A stretch of 64,000 nucleotides of DNA from Eledone cirrhosa (Eukaryota), in contig OZ024743.1 in the NCBI GenBank assembly GCA_964016885.1, positions 183,272,001 through 183,336,000 of the forward strand, in the 5' to 3' direction. A program made the translations under genes and the position numbers. Every line of letters starts with the position of its first letter. The first letter of the stretch is position 1. A model generated the notes under the pieces. It was given only the letters and a program-made list of their open reading frames with translations, ran no database searches and was not told where the DNA came from. Below are positions 10,447 to 23,016 of this stretch, one piece after another.

Positions 10447-12236
10447 ATGCCAGAGTTTGTTGGGGTTGGTAATGGGGGGGGGGGGCAATGTTGCTGAGCT
10501 TTGATTGGTCGAACAGGCTATGGTGGCGGGAGGGAAATTGTGAGATAGGTAGCCATCATGGCTTATAGCATCTCAGGAGATTTGGGTGAAATAATCTGAT
10601 ACAAGTACGTATATTAGACAGGCGAATATGTTAGGATTTCGAAGACATTCATCGTAAACCTCGAAAAGAGAGAGGAGAGGAGGTAAGGGAATGACTTCGT
10701 AGAGTCATAATAGCCAACGTGGGAAAACAAGGCTAAGGAATAAATATGCGTTGTGAAGGCCAGCAAAATGATAAATAACAACAACAATAATAATAATAAT
10801 AGTGTGAGCAGAACATTTACAATTGGGGAAGAGAGATACCTGAAGAATGTATGGATGGATGGCTGGAATATGGTTTAGCAGTTTGTTCTACTGATTCATG
10901 GTCGCCATTCAGAATCAAGTGTGTCTGATCTCGTGAAAAACCTCGAGTTGATTGAAGAATGAATGGAAGAGAAAAGGGGAAGTAATAGTTAGGAGAGAGA
11001 GAGAGAGAAGGTAGCCCTCATGGCTTATAGCATCTCAGGAGATTTGGGTGAAATAATCCGATAAATATATGTATAAATATATATATAAATAAATATATAT
11101 ATAAATATATAAATAAATATATATATATATAATCCGATAAATATATATATATATATGATGTTGAGAGGACCAGGGCAGGTAGGCAGGGCAGGCAGGCAGG
11201 GCTCTCATGGATATATCTCATCTAGAGAAGATCAAACATAAGAGAGGACCAGTGAGATAGGTGTTGTTACATTTTTCCCATAAAATACTCAGCCACATAA
11301 ATCCTAAGGCAGTAGATATTACTACTGACCAAGCAATTAGAATACAGACTGTGGCAAACATTGGAAGATCTGTCAACTAATCTATTCCTACATACAATAT
11401 AGTTCAGTAACTGAGACACAATAGTTATTTGAATATATCTTAAGATACCAGCTGTGGTGATGAAATATTGTATAGTTCTCTATGTCAGAGTGTCATATTG
11501 AGCCGAATAATTATTCATGGCTGTGGCTGTTTCCTATATGTTGCCTTCTTTTAAATAATAGGAAACAACATAAACATAAATTTTACTTTGTTAAAAATAA
11601 AGTAAATAATTATTTGTTCATCCATCCATACGTACATATTTATATATATACACACATATATGGTGGCTGCCAACTCGTTTTCGAGTACGGCCACTACTTT
11701 ATATCCATGTAGGAGAACCCCTACCGATGCGCTGAACGAGTGTGACTTTTTAGTCCAGCCAGCGACTTGAAAACTCTGGTACAAACACTACAATTATTGA
11801 CACAGTGCTGGGCCCATGGTACCATGTGACGACAAGTGCAGAGAGATCTCCAGATATAAAGCAATGCCTATGCCGTGAAGCTTTTATAGTGAGCAAAGGC
11901 ACTGCACAAAGCCAGTCCCACTCTCCCAACTCACTTAACACACATATATACACACATATATACTCTCAGGTCTTCAATAATTGCATCACAGCTCCCTACT
12001 CTCCGCTTATTAATTTTTCAGAATGTTTTTGTTTGTGTTTTTCTTCTTTCCTTTTCTTTTTCTCACTTAGATCATATATTTTTATGCCTTACATTTGTGA
12101 GGTTTCTCACAATAACTAATTGTATATATTTTAAGGAAAATTCAACCTCTATGTGCTAGAAGGTGAGCATGTGGTCACACTGACCTACTTTGCCAACATC
12201 AACACAAGAATTCAAATTACTGCAACTCATCCTTCA

Positions 12237-12440
12237 AAGCATCCATACCTCCTGAAATTCGCCAAAACTACACCTGATATTCCCCCTCCATACACACACA
12301 CACACACACATCTCTGTGTCTATATCATGACTCATACACTGTTCACTTTCCTGACATTTGTACGTTATTCTATGTACTATACATGCACCTTTGATGAGAT
12401 GTAGTGCACCTGAGCACTGTACACAATAATATTCATTATT
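12237..12440 (+). mobile_element. CR1 3'-end fragment
   Basis: Matches the ORF2 end and 3' UTR of the copies at 3073-3270 and 24880-25070. Confidence 0.85.
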
Positions 12441-12623
12441 GGCTGTATCGGTATAGAGTCGGACGCCATGCTTTCCAGCATAGCTACGTCGCTTTACAGA
12501 CTGAGTTCAAATCCCGCCGAGGTTAACTTTGCCTTTCATCCTTACGGGGTCGATAAAATATAGTACCAGTAATGTACTGGTTAATTGCTGGCCTTGTGCC
12601 AAAAGTAGAAACAATTATTATTA
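12437..12623 (+). mobile_element. tRNA-derived SINE, family A (GCCTTTCATCC...GGGGTCGATAAA central domain)
   Basis: B-box GAGTTCAAATCC and (ATT)n tail. Near-identical copies occur throughout the window. Confidence 0.85.
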
Positions 12624-12769
12624 TACACACTTCCTTTAGTTATTGACGCACTGGAGCTAGACATCTTGTCTTTAATGCGTAGAAATGTCCATGATCTCCA
12701 GAAGACAACTGATGAAAGGGAAATTATCCCCCGTTCGTGCTTTCCTCTTATTTATAAATATATATATAT

Positions 12770-13110
12770 GGAGGCACATGGCTTAGTGGTTAGAGCATTG
12801 GCCTTGCAATCGAAAGGTTGTGAGTTCAATTCTCAGACCGGGTGATGTGTTGTTTCCTTGAGCAAGACACTTTATTTCACATTGCTCCAGTTTACTCAGC
12901 TGTAGAAATGAGATGATAGGGACTGGGGTCCATATCATTCCACTGCAAAGTGGTCGTGGAGGTGCCACGGAAAAAAAGCACCCAGCACTCACTGTAAATG
13001 AGGTTGGTATTAGGAAGGGCATCCAGCTGTAAAAATCAAGCCAGAATCAGTTCCCGTCCCACCCTTGCAAGCAGGGAAAAAGCGGACGTAAAATGAAATA
13101 ATGATGATGA
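12770..13110 (+). mobile_element. tRNA/CORE-like SINE with RTE-derived 3' tail, family B
   Basis: Has A/B boxes and a TCCTTGAGCAAGACACTT core. The tail matches the RTE 3' UTR at 51167-51260. Near-identical to 34948-35285. Confidence 0.88.
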
Positions 13111-13398
13111 TATATAATATTTTATTAAGTTTTAAATACATGCATAAATTACAAATTGCTCCACAATTCTTTTAGAATGAAAATATAAACAAAAATATAA
13201 ACACATATAACAAATATAATTAACTATTGCTAGGAATCTCACAATTATAACGCTAAAATATATGACCAGGGTGAGAGAAAAAAAAAAAAAGAAACAAACA
13301 AAAAAGATCATCAATTCACCATTAATTGGTTACACATCACATCACAAGGGTCAACGGAAATTTTTGAGGCAAGCGAACACGCTGGCCACATTACCATG

Positions 13399-13615
13399 GG
13401 TGATGGCTAGGGTAAGGCGCTGGAACAACCAAGCACCATCACAGGCATCACCTGACACCTCGGAAAGGCCCGGTGATGGCGTGGCTAAGGTACTGACACA
13501 GCCATGCACCCTCACGGGCATCACCTGACACCTCGGTAAGGCTGGATGATGGCGTGGTTAACGCACTGAAACAGCCAGGCACTCTCACAGGTTTCACCTG
13601 ATACGTCGGTAAGGC
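13399..13615. repeat. GC-rich 73-bp tandem repeat x3 with internal stem-loops
   Basis: Units start at 13399, 13472 and 13545. Confidence 0.85.
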
Positions 13616-14881
13616 GAACCGCCAACAATGACAAGAACTTCGCTGTCAGTGGCCCAACTCCACCAAACGTCTTAAACGTCATAGGCTGGTAAAATAGTTA
13701 TTCATATATCAACCTCAGAAGTATGGAAGTTAAAGTTGACCTCTATGGGGTTTAAACACAAAATATAAAAGGCTGAAATCAAATACCACAAATAAGGCTG
13801 TCAGCACATGGGACCCCATTTGCTCGTAATAGTGAGAGATGGGGAGGGCGAGAGAGATGGAGGCGATGACTATGGGAGTATGGCTCCCCTGTGTTTGGAC
13901 CCGATGAATGTATATGTGCATGCTTACTGTCTTATCACATAGACATGTTGACCTAACCAATCTCTTATGAGAAAAATTTGGCAGTCGGAAACTGTACAGA
14001 AACTCGCCGTATATATATATGTAGTGAAATCTGTCCATGCCTTGAACCTTGGGTGACACCTAAAGGTCAAATTCTAGGTCATCACCCTTTTGGTGTGAAC
14101 AGGTTCATGCGTGGGCTATCCCCTAAAGGTGGGAGGCAGAAAGCGACAGGTATATAAAGCCTATATTTTCCCACCTTGAACAGATAGATCGGAGCTCTAC
14201 GATACACAACAAGCTATGTAAAGATTCACAGCTATCAACAGACCCTAGAGGTCTACAGAGATACAGAGAGATCGGACCCCTACTACTACAGACCCGCTAT
14301 GTGAAAGATACACCACTATCTACAAGCGACAATGGTCGACAATCAATTACAGACCATTACTCTCTCTCACTCACTATGGTCTCAGAACTACTAACACGGA
14401 CTCCAACAACAACAACAACATTATCTGTTCGCTCGCTGTTTTCACACCAACAACAACAGTCAACTACTACAGACTACAACAGCCTCATGAACCAACAACA
14501 AAAATAACATTGTCTACCTTCTCAACTTTTTGTACTTTTTTGATTAAAGTGAAGTAAACCATACATAAACTAAATCTTTATTCTTGTTATAATCATATCT
14601 AATAACCACATATAACAATAACTATTTCTTAACTAATACTCTTCGTTAAATATATGCCACAACTTTTAATCCTAAATGTTGTCCGAGGCTCTCACCATTC
14701 CACCGCCATCGTAACAAAGGGAGATTATTGGCTGTTGCAGTCACTTTAGAGTAACCTCCCTTGAAATCTTTACATAATGTCTCTGTTATTCGCCTTGAGT
14801 CTTTGATAATATAATTATTAAGGTTAAATTTGAAACGGTTAATCTTAGCTTTAATTCTCTATATTGATTCAACTAGCCATT

Positions 14882-15235
14882 ATGTTTCATAAAGCAGTCA
14901 ACAAACTTGCCACTTCGTATACATGCTTACACAGATCGAATTCGACCTGTTTATATTTACGGAACATTTTGATATCGTCAGTTAATTTAGTTAAAGCAAA
15001 TGTCATATCTTTGTATGTGCCCCCTAATATACGTCTACATTATAGTGTTCCCTCTTTTAGAAGTCTACATAGTTTTACTAATGGCTCCGATATATGTCAA
15101 GTGAAACAAAACCATCGATTCTTAGAAAAATATTCAGCTTTACGGTTTGTCAATATGAGACGTCGGTCTACGAACTGCGATTCTGTTTCCTACCCTCAAG
15201 GTACAATGCCGATCGAAATGTGGGGCCATGAAACA
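14882..15235 (+). CDS. FAM185A: FAM185A-like protein (DUF4097/adhesin-like beta repeats), coding exon 1
   Basis: ATG at 14882 in ORF 14864-15364. GTAAGT donor at 15236 in phase 0. Joins exon 2 to give EMWGHET-DPFG, matching the FAM185A W..xxPFG segment. The start codon choice is inferred. Confidence 0.72.
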
Positions 15236-15624
15236 GTAAGTAAATATTTAGTATTCAAATTTTGGAGCTCGTTTTTTCTATATCTTAACTTACTTTTTTA
15301 TATTTTAAATGAAGAAGAAACAACGAAAGTGCGAAGTAAAAAACATAAAAAAGAACAAAATTGATCTTTCTGTCGATGAAATGTACGAACTTAAATACAA
15401 TAATAATAGGCCATCTAATAAAGGAAATTGCTGAAAATACAGTATGTGTTTGGGGTGTCACACAAGACATTGATATCAACACAACAAACAATCGAATTAT
15501 TGAAGAGTGTTGTGTCTATAATGTTATATCTGTCAGATATTTATAGATGGAGCCTGTGTCTCATATGGACGTCAACTGTGATAAATAAACTTGTGTAAAC
15601 ACTTTTATCCTAATCGATTAATGC

Positions 15625-15885
15625 ATCTAACGTCATCGTTAAAATGTCTCAGGAAATAATTGCTGGACAGATTTTACTGACAAAACCAACCGGCTGGAGA
15701 CCTAGGGGTAGACCTTGAGTAAGATGGTTGGACAACATCCATGAACTTGGCTGGTCTCACTTGGGGATCCAGCCAGATCAGTTGGAGACGGTTGCTTCTG
15801 ACAGGACCTGCTGGAAGGAGTGTTTAAGGACTCTGCCCCTATGATACTCTTAGGAATAAGTGGACGAAGAATATCATAATGATGA
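15625..15885 (+). mobile_element. 3' fragment of a second RTE-type LINE family
   Basis: GRPR.RW-like coding remnant and a shared tail. Related copies at 37560-37735, 39550-39760, 48810-49215 and 53155-53340. Confidence 0.7.
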
Positions 15886-15894
15886 TTTCTTTTA

Positions 15895-16092
15895 ATAATA
15901 ATAATAATTGTTTCTATTTTAGGCACAAGGCCAGCAATTACCCAGTACATTACTGGTACTTTATTTTATCGACCCCGTAAGGATGAAAGGCAAAGTTAAC
16001 CTCGGCGGGATTTGAACTCAGAATGTAAAGGGATGTAACTATGCTAGAAAGCATGGCGTCTAACCCTCTACCGATACTGCCAATTCACCGCC
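15895..16092 (-). mobile_element. SINE family A
   Basis: Reverse complement of 37225-37414. Confidence 0.85.
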
Positions 16093-16116
16093 CTTTTTAA
16101 TTAATAATAATAATAA

Positions 16117-19100
16117 TGTTTTCTTTATTAACCACAAAGGTTTACATAAAGTAGACATTACGGACAGTACAGGACGGTACAAATGGGCATTTCTGCGTGT
16201 AAAAAAAAACAAAAACAGGATGTAACAAAAAAATAACAATGAAAAATTCCCCAATACGGGGAGAGTTCCGAGGGACATTCGTGCAGAAAGCCGATTAAAA
16301 AGCCACAGTGACCCTGACCACCAGTTTTCCACCTTTAATTTACAGACACATACTCAGAGTAGGCCCATTCACTCGGGCCATTCTTGCTTCTCTCACCCAT
16401 CTTTCAACAAAATGCTGGGAAGAGAGCACTTCCCTCTCTAACTGATTTTCCTTTTCAAATGAAATTTGAAAAAGTTAATCAGGGCATCACCGAAGAGGTA
16501 AGTGCTCATCTTCAGCCCTTTCAAACGTGTCCACCACACTATCTCTTTCGCCATGACCACCAGACAGATAAAAACTGCCTGCCCTTCCCGGCTAAAGGAA
16601 GAGGGCGAGGCAATCCTCACGATGGACTCAGCTTATAGCTGGATCCGTCCTACACGCAAACAGCAGGTGTTCGATATAAACCCACAAGTCAGCAATGCTT
16701 GGACACTGGACGAGTGCGTGCAGGACGGTTTCGTCGCCCTGCGCGCATCTCAGACATGCCCGGCTGACGGCACCTCCATGCCTGTAGAGTTTATCTCGAA
16801 CTGGCAAAGCTCCATGGTAGCACTGCCAGGCCAGGGATTTATGGAAGTTGTCCATAGGCCCCGGCCCGAAAGTTCTTCCGAAGAGATTGGCTAGTTGATT
16901 TTCGTCGACGCCTAGAGTTTCCCCAAGTACGTCGTCGCTCTTCCCCTCCAGTAATCTTCTATAGAACGCCAAGGTGGCGTTTCCACCGATCACATTGCCC
17001 GATAGGTCGAGGGCTGTGAGTGCCTGAAGAAAGTCCAGTCTCCAAGCGCTCCCTCTCGGTCTTCGCTTGACCTAGGACTGCAGCTCCGTCAAGGAGACGA
17101 GCTGGGGAAAGATGCGTCTAGCAAACGGCGACCACACCAGACCACCGTCGAGGAAGAGGTAGAGATGTCGTAGCCTGAGCGCGTGTCTGCGCATCATCAG
17201 CCATGGCATTCCCAGCCCTCCACGTAGCGGGTGTTGACAGCAGATGGACCGCCTGACCATCGGAGCTCGTCCCTTCCACAAAAAGCGAAAGAGCAAACGC
17301 TCCAGCGCAGTCAGGCGGGGCTTAGGACAAGGTACGATGGTCAGGCGGTAGCAGATGACAGACGTGATGTACGCGTTAGCCACCTCCGCTCGACCTTTCA
17401 GGGATAGCTTTCTCTCCGCCCATTTCTGGGTGAGAGAAGGCACCCTGCTTGTCACCTCGTCCCAGTTTTTGTCCGTCTGGAGGTCCAGACCGAACCAGAC
17501 CCCTAGTAATTTAACCGGTCCGTCTGTCCAGCGCCCAACGACGCTGTTGGACGGCATGGACCTGCCTCTCCAGGTGCCGAGCTGCAGGTCCACTGACTTT
17601 TCCTGGTTGATCATTGCTTCTGTCACCGCTTCTTTAATGACCAATTCTTCAATGCTTTGCATTGAAGAATTGGTCAAAGGCCAATTTCGCCGCAAGTACA
17701 TCAGTCACGATGCCTTTGCTAAGCGCCTCGTCTAATTTTTTAACTAGTTCTCTCTCTGCTCTATTTTTCTCTATAGCTAAAGCCTTACTAAACCTAATGG
17801 ACTCTATTCTAATCGCTCTTTTCAGAGGAAACCACCACTTGATGTTGACGATGGCCCCCATCAACGTCTGCTTAACTAGTTCACTAATCCGGTCTCTGTA
17901 GGCCTTGCGTGCTGGTAAGGACGCGTTTAACTTCCAGTAGCCGGGTCCATGTCACTGAAGCCTATCTAAGTCAACCACACAGATCACAAATTTATGGTCC
18001 GTGTAGCTGACTATCTTGAATTGTGGACAGCCTATGCTAGACCTATCTATTTCCCTACAAAATACTCTATCTAGATATGATCTGGATGACCCAATGCGGT
18101 TTGTCCAAGTCCACATTGGCACATTTGGGAAATCCAATCGGTACCTGTCAGACAGTTCAAAACGCCTGAGCAGATTGGTGAGACTCTTGCACCTTCCTCC
18201 CCTATCCACTAATCCCACACAGTCCCAGCGTGCATCTAAGATCTCGTTCCAGTCGCCCACTAACTCTAAAGAGCGGAAAAGATGGGAAAGACCACTTACC
18301 TTACTTCTCGTAGAGGAAGGATGGTTTCTCCATCCTTTTCATGCTTGTGGCCTCCTCCGGAAGGATGTCCTTATAAATCCTCCTGGAGAGTGCTTGTCCG
18401 ATGTCTTTGGGGAATTTTTGTTTTAGTGTCCGTTTTCTGTTTGATGCGAGTGATTTGTATGTGTGGAGGTGGTGTGAACTTTTGGGGTGTTGTGTAGTCT
18501 TTTTCTGTGATGCTGGTGTTGTGTTGGATGTAGTGTAATAATTGGTTGTTCAAATTTAATGCTATGTAGTGTGTATCATTTTGGTTGTTTTGTTTTGTTT
18601 GCGTTTGTTGTGGGTTTGTTTCTGTTTCGCTTTTTGGTGACTTCTGTGGTGTTGGTGATGGTGGTGTTGGGGTTAATGGTGGTGATGGTGTTGCTGTTTG
18701 TGGTGATGGGATTGGTGATGCTGGTGTGGATGGTGGCATAGCTGTCCTAACTTTTTTGTTTGATAGTTTATTTGTTTCCCTCTGTATTTTGTTTTTGGAA
18801 GGGGAAGGAAGAGGATTTTTTCTTTTTTCCTGATACAGTTTCCGACTCCTCGTCGTCACAATCTGTCTCCAGTTGCGATAGGTCGGGGAGTGGAAAATCC
18901 TCCACAGGCGTTGGTTTTGGTTGTGGTGTGGTGGATGGTGGAGGCGCTGGTGCTAGTTCTGGCGCAGTGGGTGGTGGTGGTGTTGATTTTGCTACTGTTG
19001 CTGGGGTTGTTGCTGCTACAGTTGCTTCTGTTGTTGCTGCCATTTCTGTTGCTGGTGGTGTTGATGGTTGAGTCACTGGGGTGGGTAGGAGAGGTGGCCT

Positions 19101-20404
19101 CAACCTTTTAGCCTGAGGGCAGAAAGCCTTTAGGTGAGTTCCTTCACCACAAACGACACACCTAGGCCTTCTACCCTCAACGATTACAGTGAGGTGGCTG
19201 CCGTCAGTGAGGTCTATTACCTCTGGGATTTCCTCAATGCTTTTTTGATCCGCTTGGATCAGGAGCTCCATCTCAGATCCGGACCAGTTCTCCTGCTTTT
19301 CTTTTGATATTTCAATTATTTTGGTGTTGGCCTCGATGCCGGCAAGGACGGCAGCCATTAGCCAGGGAATTTCGATGGCCGGTGGAACGTGGGTCACCCT
19401 GATCTTCACGAGTCTCTGGCCACAATAGCTTGGGACGAGTGTGAAGTCGTCGCTTCTTAATGAGGCCATGGAGTGCTCTCTGGCCTCCTGTGGTGTTCCA
19501 AAGAACACATCCATGGTTCCATATTTCTGCCCATGTCTGATGTGGGTTTTTTTCGCCCACACATGTCCCAAAGCTTTTTGGATTTGGGACTCGGATGCCC
19601 GTTCCACTCAGCACGATTTTGTGTTAATCGTCCGATAAGACATGGTGCATAGGCGCTGATGCTCCATTTTATTAGGTGGGGGGGGGGTTGACCCTGTACC
19701 CATCTTTCTTTACCATTCTCTTGGCTTCATTTAATTCCTCCTGAGTTACCTCGATTGTTTCGCATTTCTTGGCTGCTTTGGAAAACGACACATTTGCGGT
19801 GGTGTTGGTGTTTTTGTTGTTATTCTCATTGTTGTTGTTGCTGTTGTTGTTATTGTTATTTTTAGTTTCAGTTGTGGTGGTGGTGGCGTCAGTTGTTTTC
19901 GGTGTGGAAGAGTCGATTCTGGGTGAATCCATTTCGATGTCACGAGATAATAATTTATTTTTTTCTTTTGTTTCTGTTGTCGCTGTGGTGGTGGTGGGGG
20001 TAGTGGCTTTAACACCTGCAGTTTTTGGTAATGGTGGGAAATGAATGTCTGCATGAGACAAATTTAAATTATTGCTACTGCTTATATTTTTAGTGTTTTG
20101 CAAACGTAGTAATATTTACAATGGTGGTGTTGGTGTGAGGTGTTAGTTTCTGAGGAAGGCTGTCAGCTTGGAGTAGCTGTGAGTCGTCCATGATTTTTTC
20201 AAAGAAATTTTTTGTTTGATAATTATAAAAGTTTAAATTTGGGGCTCAAGGTCCTAATCTTTTTGAGTGTCCTTTTCCGAAAGCAATATATGTGAACTTA
20301 TAAACACTTAACAACAAAAATTTCCATAAATAGCAATTTGAAACAACTGAAAACAACAAACCTTTGCGGAGCTCACGATAATACGATTTCCTACGTAGGT
20401 CGCC
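16117..20404 (-). mobile_element. Tx1/L1-clade LINE with both ends present, internally deleted and frameshifted, in FAM185A intron 1
   Basis: ORF1 has a CX2CX4HX4C knuckle (CVVCGEGTHLKAFC). APE motifs GDWN, SYLDR and TDH. Post-RT motifs LSLKGRA, FLWKG and GGLG. C-terminal CLRC...ETVLHALVQC. AATAAA at the 3' end. (AAT)n flanks on both sides. Confidence 0.88.
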
Positions 20405-20462
20405 AATAATAATAATAATAATAATAATAACAATAATTTCATTTGTTTCTTTTCTAATCTAG

Positions 20463-20757
20463 GATCCATTTGGTAGCATTGATGTGCAGGTTCCTTTTCA
20501 TGTTCTTATTCGACCTTTGGATCCAACAAATTACCCAGAAATGAATCGAGTGTTTATAAGACTCTTGGTTCCATTCACAGAAGAATTAAACAACAAAACT
20601 TCAATGAACTCTAATTTATCTCGATGGAGTGACATCTATGAATTGAATTCTTCCATTAAAGAGGACAATGTTATTGTTAATGGTTACATACCTAAAGATA
20701 TTTTTGGAGATTCCTTGCCTGAAATGACCTGTTTTATTGAGGTTCCTATTAAATTCA
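20463..20757 (+). CDS. FAM185A: FAM185A exon 2
   Basis: AG/GT boundaries. DPFGSIDVQVPFHVLIRPLDPTNYPEMNRVFI...EVPIKF resembles vertebrate FAM185A (PFG...VRPLDP..YP..DRV). Confidence 0.92.
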
Positions 20758-21515
20758 GTAAGGACATTTTATGCACTTTTTAAATTTAACAAGAAAATGA
20801 TTTTATTCAAAGAGGGAGGGACAATCCCAACAGACTTTCCAGAGCTTCTTGAATAGTAAATAAGACTATCTGAGTACAGTTAACATGGTTAATGTTTAGT
20901 TTGAAGTCTTGAAGAATATTGGTTGAAAGGAAAATATAACTTCAAAGAGAATCCCTAGAAGCAAGCAGTTCTAGAGCTTAATGTAGATTTTATAAATTTA
21001 GATGTTTAGATGTAGTGGCGATGGCAGTAAAAGAGGCAGGTAAGATGAGGAGAAGTCTTACAGAGACAGTTATAATAATAATAATGTGAATTGGCAGAGT
21101 TGTTAGAACATCAGATATATTATTTTGTGCTATTCTGGCTCTCTGCTCTCTGAGTTCAAATTCTACTGAGGTCAATAAAAAAAAAAGTACCAGTCTAGTA
21201 CTGTGGTCAATTCTTCCTCTATACCTCTTTCATTTCTTCTTTCTCAATTCTCTCTTCTTCTCCGGAAGAAATCTGCTATATTCAGACCTGGGGAGGTGAT
21301 GGGCTCTGTCAGGTTTAAAATGCCTGAGACACACTGTTTGTCACTATTGTGCCATATGATTTCATCAGGAGTTATGCTTCCATACATATGTCTTACTATA
21401 TATATGTATATTATGTATGTTCTATTATATTAATCTTTCTCTGTATATCTTATTATCAGAAAGTATATATTTGATTTTCTTAGCTGGAATGCTTTTGATT
21501 AAATGTTTAGGTTAG

Positions 21516-21730
21516 GACGGTGGATTGGCAATAGAATTGGTAGAGTGTTAGATAATATGCTTTGTGGCATATAGTTACGGCCCTTTACGTTCTGGGTTCC
21601 AATGCTGCTGAGGTTAGCTTTGTCTTTCATTCTTACGGGGTCAATAAAATAAAGTACCAGTAACACACTGAAGTTGATTTAATTGCCTTTCCCCTCTCCC
21701 AAAACTGTTGGCCTTGTGCCTAAATCAGAA
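21516..21730 (+). mobile_element. SINE family A, diverged
   Basis: GGTGGATTGGC head and GGGGTCAATAAAATAAAGTACC core. Confidence 0.75.
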
Positions 21731-21775
21731 ACCTTTATATGTTTACGTAGACTTTGGACTAGACAAAACACACAT

Positions 21776-21811
<36 letters not shown>

Positions 21812-22006
21812 ACATACATGTAACTTTTACTGAGTGGCTCATTTTCCACAGCTGTTCCAAATATTTTGTTACATTTCAACTCCTGAATTTCTAAGTTTTG
21901 TATCTCCAGATAAATCATACATTTTTGGGGGGTGGAAGACCTTCTTTAAGTCCGTGTGTTTCCATTGACAGTGTAGTTTGATATTGATTTATTATCTATA
22001 TTTCAG

Positions 22007-22116
22007 CTGTCAATATTGAAGTTGCTGGTAAAGCTAATGTCACAATTCAAAATATGGAAGGAAATAAAATCAATGTTAAATCTCAATCTGGAAAATGTCT
22101 GTTGAGAGAAATTAAG
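22007..22116 (+). CDS. FAM185A: FAM185A exon 3
   Basis: tttcag acceptor and GT donor, phase 1 to 0. Encodes VNIEVAGKANVTIQNMEGNKINVKSQSGKCLLREIK. Confidence 0.9.
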
Positions 22117-22146
22117 GTTTGTTGAGAGATTACTTTTACTGGAACT

Positions 22147-22363
22147 GTCATCATCATCATCATCATCATCATCATTGTCATCATCATCATCATTGTCATC
22201 ATCATCATCATCATCATCATTGTCATCATTGTCATCATCATCATCATTGTCATCATCATCATCATCATCATCATCATTGTCATCATCATCATCGTCATCA
22301 TCATTGTCATCATCACCACCATCATCACCATCATCATCACCAGCATCATCATCATCATCATTG

Positions 22364-22399
<36 letters not shown>

Positions 22400-22920
22400 C
22401 CATCATCATCATCATCGTTATCATCATCACCATCATCATCATTTTCATCATCATCATCATCATCATCATCACCATCATCATTGTCATCATCATCACCATC
22501 AGCATCATTGCCGTCATCATCACCACCATCATTATCATCACCACCATCATCATCATCATAATCATCATCACCATCATCATCAATGCCGTCATTGTCACCA
22601 CCATCATTATCATCACCATCATCATCATCACCACCATCATCATCATCATCAATCATCATCATCATCATCAATGCCGTCATTGTCACCACCATCATTATCA
22701 TCACCACCATCATCATCATCATCATCATCACCATCATCATTGTCATCATCATCACCATCAGCATCATTGCCGTCATCATCACCACCATCATTATCATCAC
22801 CACCATCATCATCATCATAATCATCATCACCATCATCATCATCATTGCCGTCATTGTCACCACCATCATTATCATCACCACCATCATCATCATCATCATC
22901 ACCACAACAATCACCACTAT
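22147..22920. repeat. About 770-bp degenerate (ATC)n microsatellite
   Basis: Seen directly. It explains the poly-D/M/H/S ORFs. Confidence 0.97.
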
Positions 22921-23016
22921 CAACATAAGCATATTATTTTCCATAATGATTTCTTACTCTTGTATGAGTTCTGATCTTTAAAGATGAAAGGGATGAATAT
23001 TATTAATATATAAAAT

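Noticed and set aside
12700-12745. CTGATGA followed by a stem as a hammerhead; likewise at about 52071
   Set aside because: No correctly placed GAAA or cleavage triplet.
12770-12845. tRNA genes at SINE heads
   Set aside because: A/B boxes are present but there is no complete cloverleaf, and they continue into SINE bodies.
22003-22981. Long poly-Asp/Met/His/Ser ORFs
   Set aside because: Translation artefacts of the (ATC)n microsatellite in an intron.
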